From NCBI RefSeq assembly GCF_018350175.1, contig NC_058368.1, positions 46,378,001 to 46,442,000 on the forward strand: a stretch of 64,000 bases of DNA. Direction: 5' to 3'. The notes under the pieces are model-generated. The model saw only the letters and a program-made list of their open reading frames with translations. It was not told the origin of the DNA and did no database searches. The position numbers and the translations under genes are program-made. This document shows, in pieces, positions 38,039 through 51,627 of this stretch; within the stretch, counting starts at the first letter, position 1; each line of letters begins with the position of its first letter. This stretch comes from Felis catus (taxonomy: Eukaryota).

Positions 38039-38967
38039 CAAAATGTACTTCTTTTAAAGAGCTGACCTTCCCTACTCCTCAAGAGTAGAGCTAGCCATCC
38101 ACTGGTTTGTGTATGTGACTCTACCATCCTTTGTGCATCAGAATCACTCATGGAGCTTTTAAGCCATGCAAATAAACCACTTACATGCATGAACCCTACC
38201 CTATGAGGATTCTGGCTGGGACTGCTGCATCTGTATATTTTGGGGTTGAGTTTACTGTTCCTCAGGACATTACAATGTGCAATCTGAGCAGAGAAACTCT
38301 TGACTTCTTTAATGCTCTTTCTTAGGAGGGGGGAGGATACGTTTAAAGCTAGTTCCTCTAACTAGGTTATAACACCAAAAGGACAGAAATACTTCCTTAA
38401 TATATGTATCCCAAACATCTACCACAATGCCTGCCACAAATTCTCACAGAATGAAAAAACACTTCTGAGACTAGACTACTTGGAAAGCCACAGGAGAAAT
38501 ATGGTCACTATTTTGACAATATCTATGTAAGTAATTTAAAGCATTATGTTTATGTTACAATCAATGTGAATATATTAGAAGCAGCAAATTTCATTAATTT
38601 AATATAAAGCATGACTCTCCCAAGCTACATCTGCCTAGGGCTGGAGAGGATCACAAAAGGCTCATCCGCCCTCTGTATTTATTGCACTTCCTGTTGACCT
38701 TGCAGTGGCCCTTTCAAATCTCTGATGTAATTCTCAAATCCCGCCCCCCCCAACTTGCTCTTAGAAAGAAGTCCCATTGTATATTTTGCTCCAAAATGAA
38801 GTTGTCTTTGAAAAAAAAATTGTTATAAATTCACAAAATAAGTCTAGCTTTTGGTCTATACTTTATAGAGAATTCAAACTGTGAAAACATTTTCATGTAA
38901 CCAAGAATTGCCTACTTGTGTAAATACTGGGAACCCATAACATTTACCTCCCTGCCTCACCCTTTTC

Positions 38968-39168
38968 TTCTTCTTTAATGTTTATTTTGAGAGAGAGAGA
39001 CAGACAGACAGCGAGCAGGGGAGGGACAGAGAGAGAGGGAGACACAGAATCCAAAGCAGGCTCCAGGCTCTGAGAGCCGGATGCACAGAGCCTGATCAGG
39101 GGCCTGAACTCACGAGCTGTGAGATCATGACCTGGGACCCTTAACCAACAGAGCCACCCAGGCACCCC
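38968..39168 (-). mobile_element. CanSINE
   Basis: Antisense SINE body. Flanks share CTCACCCTTT. Confidence 0.92.
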
Positions 39169-39369
39169 TCACTCACCCTTTCCTAAGTGAGAATTTTTGT
39201 TATGTCCTCCTTCAGTAGCCCACCTTGAAGTACATTATATTGCAAATTTACCACTGCTTTTAATTCTTCCCAAGCAAGATGAACCATTTTTATCTCAGAC
39301 TTAGGTAATTCAGTATTTCTTAAAGTGAGAGTCAACATCAAATCCAGCCATCATGCATGGTAGTTAGAG

Positions 39370-39615
39370 GTTATCTTCTCCAAGGACACAGTCACAGACT
39401 GTCTGGGATGGGCTGAGGAATCTGTGTTTTTACCTTTCAACAAACCGGTTGATTCTGAGGGCTTACTGCCCTTAGATTATTTGAAGACAGTAATTTACAC
39501 TAAAGTGTGTCTGCATCACATAATCAAAGTTTCTTAACTGAGTAGATCATTACAGTTGTTTTCAAAAGTGAGTGTGCTTCAGAATCAACAAGGGAACTTG
39601 TTAAAACACAAAATC
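39370..39615. mobile_element. MER5A-like fragments
   Basis: GGGATGGGCTGAGGAATCTGTGTTTT...TGATTCTGA and CAGAATCAACAAGGGAACTTGTTAAAACACA. Confidence 0.5.
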
Positions 39616-39932
39616 AGGCTGGACGAAGGAATCATAGTTTGAGATGTACTGCTCTAGTAGGATGCAGACTTTAATAAAAATGAATCTTCGTGTGCCTTTG
39701 GCCTACCACAGCGGAAGTGAAAAGGTAAGCCACGTAATGCAGCACGTCGGTATGTTATTGATGCAGCAGTCATGTACATTACTAACTCCAGCAGCCACTT
39801 ACATGCATGAATCTATTTGGCATGTACGATAACTGTTACTGAAAAGCTTGGGTAATCACTTTGGATTCTTGAATTGGTAAGAATTCTTTCTCTCATTGGG
39901 GGAAACATAACAAATATATAGAGATAGATATA

Positions 39933-39936
<4 letters not shown>

Positions 39937-39985
<49 letters not shown>
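39937..39985. repeat. (AG)n microsatellite
   Basis: Direct inspection. Confidence 0.95.
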
Positions 39986-39990
<5 letters not shown>

Positions 39991-40201
39991 TATGTGTGTG
40001 TATCATCATACGAGGAAGGAACAAATGAATGATCTCTTACACTAAGGAATGATTAACCCACCTATCTTACCTCACCAAACTCACTTTTTTATGCTCTCAG
40101 AGCACAGTGAAAGTATCTCATACACCAAAACAGAAACACGTACTGAACTGACAAGACAAATATGAAACAATTTCATTTTATTTGAAAAGATTCTAAATCC
40201 A

Positions 40202-40397
40202 GGGGCACCTGGATGACTCAGTGGGTTAAGCACCCGACCTCAGCTCAGGTCATGATCTCACTGTCTGTGAGTTCAAGCTCCATGTTGGGCTCTCTGCTGT
40301 CAGCACAGAGCCTGCTTGGGATCCTCTGTCCCCTTCTCTTTCTGCCCTTTGCTCTCTCTCTCTCACAAGTAAATAAATATTTTTTAAGAATGTTAAA
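40202..40397 (+). mobile_element. CanSINE
   Basis: TSD AAAAGATTCTAAATCCA / AAAACATTCTAAATCCA. Confidence 0.93.
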
Positions 40398-40722
40398 AAA
40401 ACATTCTAAATCCAATGTAATTAACAATGGAGACACTTAAATGTATTCTTAAAACTCATTTGGCACTAATAAGATAATGGACTAAGAAATATTTTGTTAA
40501 AAAAAGACATTTTCCTTCACAGGAAGGATAGTAAGTCATAGTTTGTACACTGCCAGACCTCCAGTTGGCCCTCACGAAAGGGATTGTATATCAAAACTAG
40601 GTTAAAGACCATAAGCCTTATATCATGCAAAAAGATTTAGGTTTCTTTTTCTTTCCTATTAAATCTCCCTATCTCTACATTTACAATTTAAAAGAATAAA
40701 TAGGCTTTTACACAGAATTTTA

Positions 40723-40947
40723 TTTATTTTTTATTTTTTTTCAACGTTTATTTATTTTTGGGGGGACAGAGAGAGACAGAGCATGAATGGGGGAGGGGCA
40801 GAGAGAGAGGGAGACACAGAATCGGAAACAGGCTCCAGGCTCCGAGCCATCAGCCCAGAGCCTGACGCGGGGCTCGAACTCACGGACCGCGAGATCGTGA
40901 CCTGGCTGAAGTCGGACGCTTAACCGACTGCGCCACCCAGGCGCCCC
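40723..40947 (-). mobile_element. Young CanSINE (SINEC_Fc-type, CpGs intact)
   Basis: Perfect 14-bp TSD TACACAGAATTTTA (40709-40722 / 40948-40961). Nearly all CpGs retained. Confidence 0.97.
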
Positions 40948-41209
40948 TACACAGAATTTTAAAACGCGACTTTTCATATTGTTGTCCGAATTATGATACA
41001 AACTCATTTCTGTGGTCTTCATTCTGATCTGCTCCTTCAGAGAAAATTCTGTATTACTTTTCTAACCGCATATTGTTAAAAGTTTGTTTTTTTTCATCTT
41101 GGCTTACAGATTTCTTTTACTTTCACTTTTTGATGCTCTGCTAAAATCTTTAGTTACTGTCATGGAAATTACTAGTTACCTAAACTATCTATCATGTAGA
41201 GGGTAAATA

Positions 41210-41445
41210 CGTGATGGTTAAAAAGCAGCACTCCAAAAGCCATACAAACTTTGGACAACATGCATCAAATTTATCTGGGATACTGCTGCAAGTTATAGAA
41301 TTCCTAAGACTTCAAAATTCTCATCTTTAAAACAGAGATATCAATTCTGACTTGATAGGGATGTTGTGGAGAATAAAGGCAAGATAATATATGCAACAGC
41401 ATGGGCACATACTAAGCCCTCCACAAATGGTAGTAAATATTATCA
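41210..41445 (+). mobile_element. MIR SINE
   Basis: GATGGTTAAAAAGCA...TTCTCATCTTTAAAACAGAGATA...GGATGTTGTGGAGAATAAA...GGCACATACTAAGCCCTC. Confidence 0.65.
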
Positions 41446-43850
41446 AGTAACCCAGAATATCCATCATGTCCTTATGTCTGGTTTTACCCTTGTTCAGTTA
41501 CTCACAAAAATGCAACTACGACAGAAGCAACCTAACAGTGTGGAGTGAGAATTTAGCCACTTGACAAATGGAAATCTAAAACCCATGCCTCTATCTAAAC
41601 ATTTCATTTAGTAGTCTACATTGATCACATTTATCTTAAAATCACTAAATCTCCCCTCTGTGCTCTATTGATACAAAGCCTTCCCTACTTCAAATTCAAT
41701 ATCCTAAAACCAATCCATGGGTTTATCATTTGGAAGAGAGGCAGGCATTGTCACCACTTAAGAGTCTTATTTTACTTTGCAAAGATAGCATTTTTCTTCT
41801 GCTTTCAACTTTTATCAAAACAGCCTTTAAATCTTTCAAATGCCATATACAATCCTGACCAGCCTTTCTAAAATAAGGAAAAATATCCCCATTCTATTTC
41901 TTTCAAATAAGTTAGTACTCCTAGTGATAAAGAGTAGATTACAACTATAGATTATAAATATCAATAAAAGAGACATATTGCTGTCAAATTCTTTCTCTGA
42001 TCTGTTTGTTTGCTCATTAACTTGAAAGGTCCAATCTTTGATCTTTGGTTTCAAAGACATCAAGATGACTTCCAAATGTTTGATATGTTGTCTACTTTTA
42101 CATCACATTCCATATAAAATGTATTTCCCAAAAGCTAATGGTTAAATAAAATGAGTTCTATGTAAGAGATAGTAAGCAGTCAAAGCTTCTATATGATAGA
42201 CTTTTTATTAGTCTATGTCACTTCACCCAAATTTAGAAGAAACCATTTTAAAGATGCAGTAGATTATAGCCAATGGTAGTTATTATTAATATTCTGGAAT
42301 TGATAAGTTATTTATGTCTGGCATTCTTCCTACTGATTATTCAGGGAGACAGGCGGCTTATAAATATCTCATCACTCCACCGTCACAGAAATTTCATCGA
42401 CAGTGCTCATGCACAGCTATTAGCAATATGAATCTAACCATTACAAGAAGGAGGAAAATCGAACATGTGGCATTAATACGCAGTCCTGGTTCCTAACCAT
42501 CTGATAGGCAGATGGTGTGAAGCGGATTCTCCAGCTGAAATGAAGGGGCACATCATTTAAAACCTTGTTTGCATTCTAACTGATATCAGTGCCATATTGA
42601 TATACATGATACATCATGGCAGTATTTGAACAATCTAGTTTGTTTCAGTCATAAATGTTTACTGCCTTGTTTTTTTTAATCTTATAAGCATGTTCAGAAG
42701 AGTGTATTTTTAATTTATGAAACCTATTGTTTACTTCTGTTGAACTAGAAGATTAGTGGAAAGCAGGAATATTAAATTACTTCAACCACAGCAATATAAC
42801 CAAGACAGACGAATAAAGTAGGTTTCTATTTTCAACAAAGGATGTTAGTAAAAGAGTTTTAAAATTAGCCCAGGCATTTTGCACATTAAATGCATTTATT
42901 CATTTAAACCTCCTGGCTGCCCTCCCCCCCAAGTGGCATACAGAGAAACTTAATGCTTTACATAGCCATTCATTTAAAACTCTCACTGTGTGCAATTAAT
43001 CTTGTCCAACAATTCAATTCAGAAAGTAAAACATCAAAAAGCATAGTTCAATTCAACAGTCATTACTGTGAAGTAATCTTTCTGCTCCTGACAGTTCCTA
43101 TAGACTCTTTGCAAAACTCGGTGGAAGGTGCATTGTAAGCTCCATATAAGTTTGAATTACAACTCAGTTGAAATCACTCCAAGTCTTAGAAGAACTTTTG
43201 GCTCAATATAACAACTTAAAAATACCAGTACCCTTTTTTCACCCTGTTTTCTTCCAATCCTTGTTTAAATACCAGCTGTCTAAAAAACTGACACTAATTT
43301 TCAGTTATTTATTTTTTCGATACTTTCTAAATAAAGGGAAATTGTGATTGAAATATACCTGTCCTCACCCTTGAATGATTAATAACAGACATGATAAGCA
43401 ACTGGAATAAGCAACTTAATTGTGAATCAGAATAGACTGAAGATTTTGAATGTGAATGTGTCTCCTAATGTCCATTAGACTGACTTTTCTTGCCCTTTAA
43501 AACACATTTATATTCTGCAGAGAAAAGGGAAATTGATCTTTAAGGCCATTAATGGAAACACTCCCTACACCAGTTTTCAGCTTTTCAATTGATTTAATTA
43601 GATTTTTTAAATGTTTGGATTAACAAAACCCCCCACTAATTTGGAGATACATATGGAAAGAGTTTATTATAATATTGATAATAATAATCAATCTAATAGA
43701 TATCAAATTTAGCATTCTTATTCTGAATAGCTTAAAATCGCAAGCCCTCAGAGCAAAGGAATAATAGCAGGGAAGTCGGTGGAGGGAACACCATAGAGAT
43801 GTTATGTTATTTGGCCATGTGTTAAATCACTGAAGAATTTTTTTCAATTC

Positions 43851-44057
43851 TTTACTTTTTTTTTTTTTTTTTTTTTTTGAGAGAGAGAGTTGGATGGGGC
43901 AGAGAAAGAGGGAGAGAGACAATTGCAAGCAAGCTCTGTGCCGTCAGCACAAAGCCTGACGCAGGGCTCCATCTCATGAACCGCGAGATGACGACCTGAG
44001 CTAAAAATAAAAAGTCAAGAGTCTTATGTTTAACCAACCGAGCCACTCAGGCGCCCC
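43851..44057 (-). mobile_element. CanSINE with long poly(A) tail
   Basis: T run at ~43856-43878, then antisense body ending GGCGCCCC. Confidence 0.92.
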
Positions 44058-45563
44058 TCCATGGAAGTTTTTGAAACATTCAACTTCTGATCACTAACTC
44101 ACAGAATCAAGCTGAAACACAATTAATTCAAAATTTTAAATTACTACGGCTTAAAATAAGAAAATAGGTAATGTTTAAAACGTTGAACTCGGGCACAAAA
44201 AGGTCTTGAATATAAAATTCTCACTTTTACTCCATCTGTTAACATTACTGCCTTTAGAAAAATAGTTAACAGCCACTCAGGGTCTAGACTTATAAAACAT
44301 GGAGACGAAAAAGACTATCTAATGCGACCCTTTTATTTTACTGATGATGAAACTTAAGGTCAGTGAGGTTAATCATTTCTATAAAGTCACACCATTAAAT
44401 AATGATAGAGTGATCCCAATTCCCTTAACTCCCAGTGCAGCATTGACCACACTGACTCTGTCAATAAATGTAAAAAGAAAAGTACAGAATACTGTAAACC
44501 AAGGGATCACTGAAAGAAAATGAATCCCCTTTGCTCAAGTAGCTTATAGACGGCATAGGAAGTCAAGGGTATAGATGCTCAGATGATGTTAAAAGTAAAA
44601 GCTGAATGGAAACCAATTTGACAATAAATTTCATATATTAAAAAAAAAAGAAAGTAAAAGCTGACTTCATTTAGAAACCTGACCAAATTGTTCATTTGGA
44701 ATTCAGTTTTATAGAATTTAGAATATATCTGCCACAGAAACAATGGTCTTCCACTTTGTGCACAAAGCTTTCAACCTGGACTACAGGTAAAATACAGTAT
44801 TTATATTAACCTGAGTCCTCTATTTACAGCACAACAAGAACAAAAGAGAAGAGCAAATAATTATTTTCCTATGTCCTGAATATAGAACAACTCTAAATAG
44901 AAACAAACAGAAATAGGTAAACTTTGACTCCAATTTTCTTTAAAGCACCCTTATTATTATTCCATCTCCAATAAACTGTTCTTTAGATGTCCTCATGTTT
45001 GTCTAAGGAGCAATTCATTTTACTACTCACGTGACTCAATCACCCCAAATTACTCAGTGCATTGACTCCAGGCAGGTGCTTCGTACTAGCCTGAGAATAA
45101 CTGACAGTGTGTGACATTCTGAAAGGATGTTTTTTAAAGAGGCTACTTGTCAATATATCGGTGACAGTTCAGGCAGTACAATAAGTGAAAAGAGGAAATG
45201 GTGTCATAAATTTAATTTCCTGCAAAAGAGTCACCTCATTGGCATTTTAGCCTAAGAATAATCTCCCCAAATGTTCAACTATGTTTCTCAACACCATGTA
45301 AATCCTCTCCTAAATCCTTTGATACTTCAATAAGTCTCTTTTTTTTTTTCTTTTTCTAGAAATCAGGTAGCATGTGGTTGTTGGTGAGAAGGGGAGAGGA
45401 GATAAGAAAAAAGTGTTGTAGAGGTGGCCATTTCTTACATGAAAGTCTTGTTTGTGGGGAGTTATCCAATAGAAGTAACTGGAAAAGATGTGACAACACA
45501 CTTTTTCTGATATAGTAATATATACTTTTTTTTTCCAAGGAAAGACTCAGGAAGAAATGTAAT

Positions 45564-45565
<2 letters not shown>

Positions 45566-45613
<48 letters not shown>
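45566..45613. repeat. (AC)n microsatellite
   Basis: Direct inspection. Confidence 0.95.
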
Positions 45614-45616
<3 letters not shown>

Positions 45617-47035
45617 ACTTTGTAAACAGAAGTCAGGGTCTGGGTTGGGAGCAACAGACAGCCATGTTCACTGAAAAGCAACAGAAACAGAGGGACTAGT
45701 TGAGGCAGTATATTCTTCACCCTTTTGTCATTAACTTTTAATATTTACGTCAACATTTCATTGAATCGCCATAATCAGCCTAAAAGTTAGCTATTTTCCT
45801 CATTTGTTTACAAGGAAAATGTGAATGGTGATAGGCCAGTTGTACTTGGAAAAACAGGTTTTTGGTTGAAGTTTTAAAGTTGGATTACAGAAAAGAACAA
45901 TCCTAATTGATTTAGAAGAATACGTACTGCCATGTGATAGGGAAATTACAAAAGAAATATAGGTTATAGTTCATAGTCTCAAGTGATTGCCATCTCCTAG
46001 ACAGTGGGCCGTTAAACAGATGAAGTCTCTACCTTGGCACCTCATTGTAATCATAGTCAACTAACTTAATTATTTTTAGCACAAAAATCACTTAAATTGT
46101 CTGATTTTGAGGCAATCTTGTAGTTTATCACTCAAGAAATAAATGCCATCTATCTTTAAAACGATTTCCCTTCTGAGGTTGCATTAGTATATGCAACCCA
46201 GCTCACCTAGGAACAGAGAAGGTGGATGTCGACGAACGACTACCAATGGTTGTTATTACTCATGTTTCCTTTTTTGCTACAAAAATCATAATGACAGAAA
46301 GAACCACTTAATTCCTAAGATGGCAAGAAATGTGAGTCTTTTGTGTATTCTCATAGAAACTCACTTTATTTCAAAACAACTGTAAATCACAGCAAATCTT
46401 CAATTTTCCTTATAGCCCTTACTTTAGGAGCAAAGTCTGCAGTTATACTGATCCAGTGGCTTCTCTTGACCTAATTTATGTTGTACCATGAGATTCTATT
46501 AAAAGAAACTAAATCACTGCAGTAGATTTATTCACCTTAAATAATTTAAGCTAATTGAAAAAGAACCAAACTAAAACTAAAACACTTCTCTCAAGCATTC
46601 AACTCCTGCATGTCAATTAGTAATTTAAACAACCAGCTAATCACAACAGCTTTATGAGAAACACGGACCTGTGCTGTGTACACATTTCTCTACCTCCACT
46701 GAGTTGAAGACTGAAACAAACATCAGTTCCGAGCCTGAAAGTATGTGTATCTGTTCTGTAGTAATTAGGCAATTCCAATAAAATAGTTTCACAGATGGAG
46801 CAAAGATTTTTCTCAATCTTCCTAAACAATTCTTAAAAGAATACATAGAAAAATGAGAGAGACACCTGGAAAAGCACTCTTTCAGCAAGGAGTGATGGCA
46901 TTCCAAACTTATCACGTGACTTAAGCAAAATGAAATTAAAAACATTATTGTTATTCACAAAGGTTACCACATAATGACCAGAAACTGGTTCCTAATTCCG
47001 AATGGGTTGACTTCAAAATTAAGAACCTGGCTTAA

Positions 47036-47036
<1 letters not shown>

Positions 47037-47064
<28 letters not shown>
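47037..47064. repeat. (ATT)n trinucleotide repeat
   Basis: Direct inspection. Confidence 0.9.
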
Positions 47065-47070
<6 letters not shown>

Positions 47071-49183
47071 ATTTTTGCGATATTGCTTCTCGTTAAAAGT
47101 TATTAAATATCATTGTGATTTAAGATACGTTAATAGTGGCTCATAATGTTATCCCAAATTATAATTATCTGATTGCCCCATCATTATAGAACTCTATTTG
47201 TAAAAGCAATGGTCACTTTTCTCAGGGAATTATTTAATTTTATAATTCAGCCTTTGTAATACCTGGAATGTTTGGCATATTCACTCATAGGACAGTCATA
47301 CGAAGAGTTACCAAGCTTTTGGCATCATTTTTACCACACATCTTTCCTAAGAGAATTAGAAAATTCAAACCTAACTTTATCTTGGAAGTAAAGCCTTTTG
47401 AAATATTGCTAAAGTGCACACGGAATAAAGACAACACACTTAAGCAGACTTTCCCCCCCTTAAACAGCATTCAAATTTTCAAAAGCAATAGATCCTCCGT
47501 CCACACGGAGTCTATTGAATTATTCATTTCATGTGCAACCTCATGCTGGACCATAAATTGTTACTTTATCTAATCAAAGGAGACTTAACTCTACAGAAGG
47601 TCAAAGGTTTAATTTTGTGAAGTATTATCTTACGCTAGGAGTTTAACCGAAAAATAGAAGAAGAAAAACAGCCAAGAAACTGGTAATAAATGAACCTTTA
47701 TTGCCTCAGGCATTGGCCTAGTTAATAAACTTTCATTGAAGGTTTCTTTCAACTGTTACGGACAATGAGAGGAAAAAAATCTTAAATTACAGCCATGTGT
47801 GACTTTTAAAGCAGTCATTCTTTTTTATCTCAACCTCCCTAGCTCAGGGAAAAAAAAAAAAAAAGACAAAGAGAGATTGTCTTCGATCTTTTAACCAAAA
47901 ATGTATGTTTCTAAACAGATGAAAAAGTGCAGATAAACTTTTCTAAAAGCAGAGGTCAGCTTTGAGCAATATAAAAAAAGGCATTCTTTAGGTGTTGAAT
48001 CTTAGAGAACAATGTCTCTAGCCAAATGTGAAACTACAGAAGGGGGGAGGAAGACATGTTGTATTCTTCACAAATCTAACTCTTAAATTGTGTCTCCTGC
48101 TTAGCAAAACATGATGCCTTATAATCTCCCCATTATCACACCAAGTCCATTGTAGTTTGAATATCCCTTAAATGTACTGTAAATAAGTACATTATTTATG
48201 TACTCTCTGCCCCATTTTAGACCAAAAAAATCCTTTTATTTAAAAAAAAAACATGTATCAAAATAATTCATTTTATTGTCATTCATTAAAATCTTTAGGA
48301 GAAACAAGTCTATCTTTTTAGCTGATACCCCCCCAACCAAAAGCCGCCTGTCGGTAGGTCCCCCCCCCCCACACCCCAGGATTTTCTAGTAAAGAAAATA
48401 AACTGAGTTGTTCTGAATATGCTTTTTTTTTTTTTCAGGAGGCACTGTGCGAGTATGAAAGTTATTGGGCCCTTAATTCCAACATCTTTATCTCCCCACC
48501 ACAGCATAAATAAGGTAGACCCTTGTATCGCCAACGGAGTTCATAGGAGCTGTGAGAAAGGAAAGAAGCCACGTTCTGCATCTTCCTTCAGGTACTCTCA
48601 AACAGCAAAGTGAAGCGGGCTGGCTCTGTGCTCCTAACTGGACCCCCCCTCCTGCCAGATTCCACCCACAAATCACAGTGCTCTCAGCAGGGCACCGAAC
48701 CCTCTTCCCACCTGGCAGCATTTGGACAGAAGTGGGTTCTACTTCATTCCAGGGACATGTCCTCAGGATGCTATCTTGGCCACCTTTGAATCCGAACATG
48801 ATAGCTGCTTATACCAGCAGCACCAGGTGAAAGGAAGACCAGGCTCCCTACTAAGAAATACACTCCTCACAGCTGGGAAGCAATGAGTTCCCCCTGGGGT
48901 CAAGGATGAGGCACGTTTATACCAGAAGCTCTGCTTCTTTTCTATATTTGCTGAGAGTGGTGAGAGAGACGTAGGAGAAAGTGGAAAATACAGAGATTAA
49001 AGACAATTTAACATGAATTCTGAAGCGGGGCGGTGGGGGGGAGGTTCAAATCAAGTTCTATGCATAGACTATCAAGGATAAAAACACAGGTGTTCTAAAA
49101 TAGTTACACTTGGACATCAGAACCTGAAGCAAACTGGCACAATTCATTTTATTAACTAGAGGCTTTTAGAATCTATGAGTAGA

Positions 49184-49396
49184 TTTTTAATTTTTTTTAA
49201 CATTTATTTATTTTTGAGAGACAGAGAGACAGAGTGGGAGTGAGGGAGGGGTAGAGAGAGAGGGAGACACAGAATCCTACATAGACTCCAGGCTCTGAGC
49301 TCTCAGTTGCAGAGCCCCACGCGGGGCTCAAACCCACAAACTATGAGATCATGACCTGAGCCGAAGTTGGAAGCTCAACTGACGGAACCACACCTA
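49184..49396 (-). mobile_element. CanSINE
   Basis: Antisense body GAGGGAGACACAGAATC...GAGATCATGACCTGAGCCGAAG. Confidence 0.92.
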
Positions 49397-51456
49397 GGGT
49401 CATTCAAGAAACTATGAAGTGCTTACTCAAAGATTACAATAAAAATCAGTATCAAAAGAGCAATTGATAAGATATTTTGGGTCCCACCGTATTCTCTACC
49501 TGATTTACATACATGCATGCCGTCGGGGGCAGAAAAATGAAACAGGGAAGAAATATGATGAAACATCAACTACTTTCTAGAAAAGAAATGCTATACTTGA
49601 ATGTGTATAGTGAATGGCTAGTTACATACAACTGTGGAAAAATTATTTCAAATTAGCCAGGATGATAATGCTTTACAATTTCCGAGTTTTTTTTTTTTTT
49701 TTTTACCATCTGTGAGAAAGACCGAGGTATACTCTGAAAGTGACCCAAATGTCAGAGAAGCAAGGAAGTGTAACAAAAACAGGTATCTCGAATCTAATTC
49801 TTTATTCCATTAATCAAAGTTTCATGGGTTTAGGAAAGTTGTACTACAGAACACAGGATAAGAAAAGAGAAAGATCAAGGGAATTCAAAGGATTTATTAA
49901 AAGTGCAGACGGTAACTCGGACTAGTGTTTTAGCTAGATAGACACAATTAATTAATTGTAACACTGTGAAACTCTAAAACGCTAAAGGAACGTGCTCACG
50001 CCTGCAATGCAGTAATGTAGCAAAATACTTATAATCTTTCAACCACCAGGAGCTTTTGTTGGTTTTTTAACCTAATCCACAGCTTGACATAGATCCTAGG
50101 GTAATGGAACACAGTTCTTTGATTGAAATAATATCTAAACATTGCTGTTCTAGCCCGGTGGCCTAATAGAAGTCTGTCTCTCTGGAACTCAAGAAATTCA
50201 AGTCCGGAAACAAACTCATACATTGAGCTCTGGCCTGTAAGTCCTTCAGAAAAAGTCTTTGAGGCTGGAGTGTGCCCTTTCCAGTTTGATAGGACCAAAA
50301 ACAGGTATAAAAACTTCTACAATCCCTTTTCTTTCAAACAGTGAGAGTCAAAGCAAACGATTCTCTTCAGCCACTAAAAGGTTCCTAATAAGACAACAGT
50401 ACGGTGTTGATAATCACAGAAAGTCTAATGCATGTCATGAAACAGCTAAGAACTTCAGAAGGGATCCATCATCCCAGCTTTCTCCATTTTCATGTGAAAA
50501 TCTACAAGAATATCTACAAGTTTTTCAGTTATTGTTACAAAGAAAAGTTGATCCATACATTTTGTCAATTTTAGCCACGTGGAAACTTTCAAAGTGTTCT
50601 AAGGCGCACTAAACATACCTAAAAAAGAATTTATGTATACTGTATTCAGTGAAAAAACAACCTCTGTATTATTTTACTGTATTTAATGTACCTCAATAAG
50701 CCATTATGATAAGAATGCCACCCTTGAACATTTTACTGAGAGAATTTCTAGGTCTTCATGTGCAGCAGTTAGTGCACTTTGATTAAACTCTGGAAGATAA
50801 TTGCAATAAAAACCTCTATAGCATTGTGTATTCTGACCAGTTTCAAAAAGCAAAGAAAATATACTATTAATATTTACCCATATCCAGGCATCTTGGATCA
50901 ACTGCTTAGCAAAAAATAGACAAACAGAAAACAGTAAAGCACTGTCGGGTAGCACTAAATATACCTGAGGTTTTAGCCAAATTATGATTTCATGTTTGGG
51001 TGCCACGCTTATAATATTAAGTGATGAAAATGAGTTTTTACTTAGTGTCTGTCATCGGACACTATCAAGTCACTTTATAAACAGGTTAATAAAAATGATA
51101 CTTGGATGACAACTGGAACAGTCTGCACACTGTCAGAAATGTGAAATCTTGACATATTTTATCATTGCATTTTAAAGCACGAGCTGTGAAGCTGGCTGGG
51201 AAGTAGAGGAAGAGTAAGAAAAATCCTCAAATTAAATAGTTAAGTATGTAATCCTAAAAACATAATAAGTCTTCTAAAAAGAATTCCGGGAGCACAACTA
51301 GCGGTGGTTAAATCAGTAGGTCAACGATGTCTAGGAACCAAATTTTTTCCATATTTACTTTTTGCTACCCTCAACATATTGGGAAACAACTCCATGTTAT
51401 TCAGCAAGTGGGCTACAGCAAATCTAAGAATCTAAGCAAAAAAGTGAGGAGCTGTT

Positions 51457-51627
51457 GGGTGCCTGTGTGTCTCCCTTGGTTGGGCATCTAACCCTTAATT
51501 TTGGCTCAGGTCATGGTCTCACAGTTCGTGCGATAGAGCCCCACGTCAGGCTCTGCACTGACAGTGTGGAGACTGCTTGGGATTCTCTCTCCTCCCTCTC
51601 TCTCTCCAAATAAATAAACTTAAAAAC
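51457..51627 (+). mobile_element. CanSINE (older)
   Basis: TSD AAGTGAGGAGCTGTT / AAGTAAGGAGCTGTT. Confidence 0.9.

Noticed and set aside
40723..40947. tRNA gene (A/B-box-like sequence)
   Set aside because: This is the tRNA-derived head of a CanSINE, as in all the other SINE copies. No standalone tRNA was seen.
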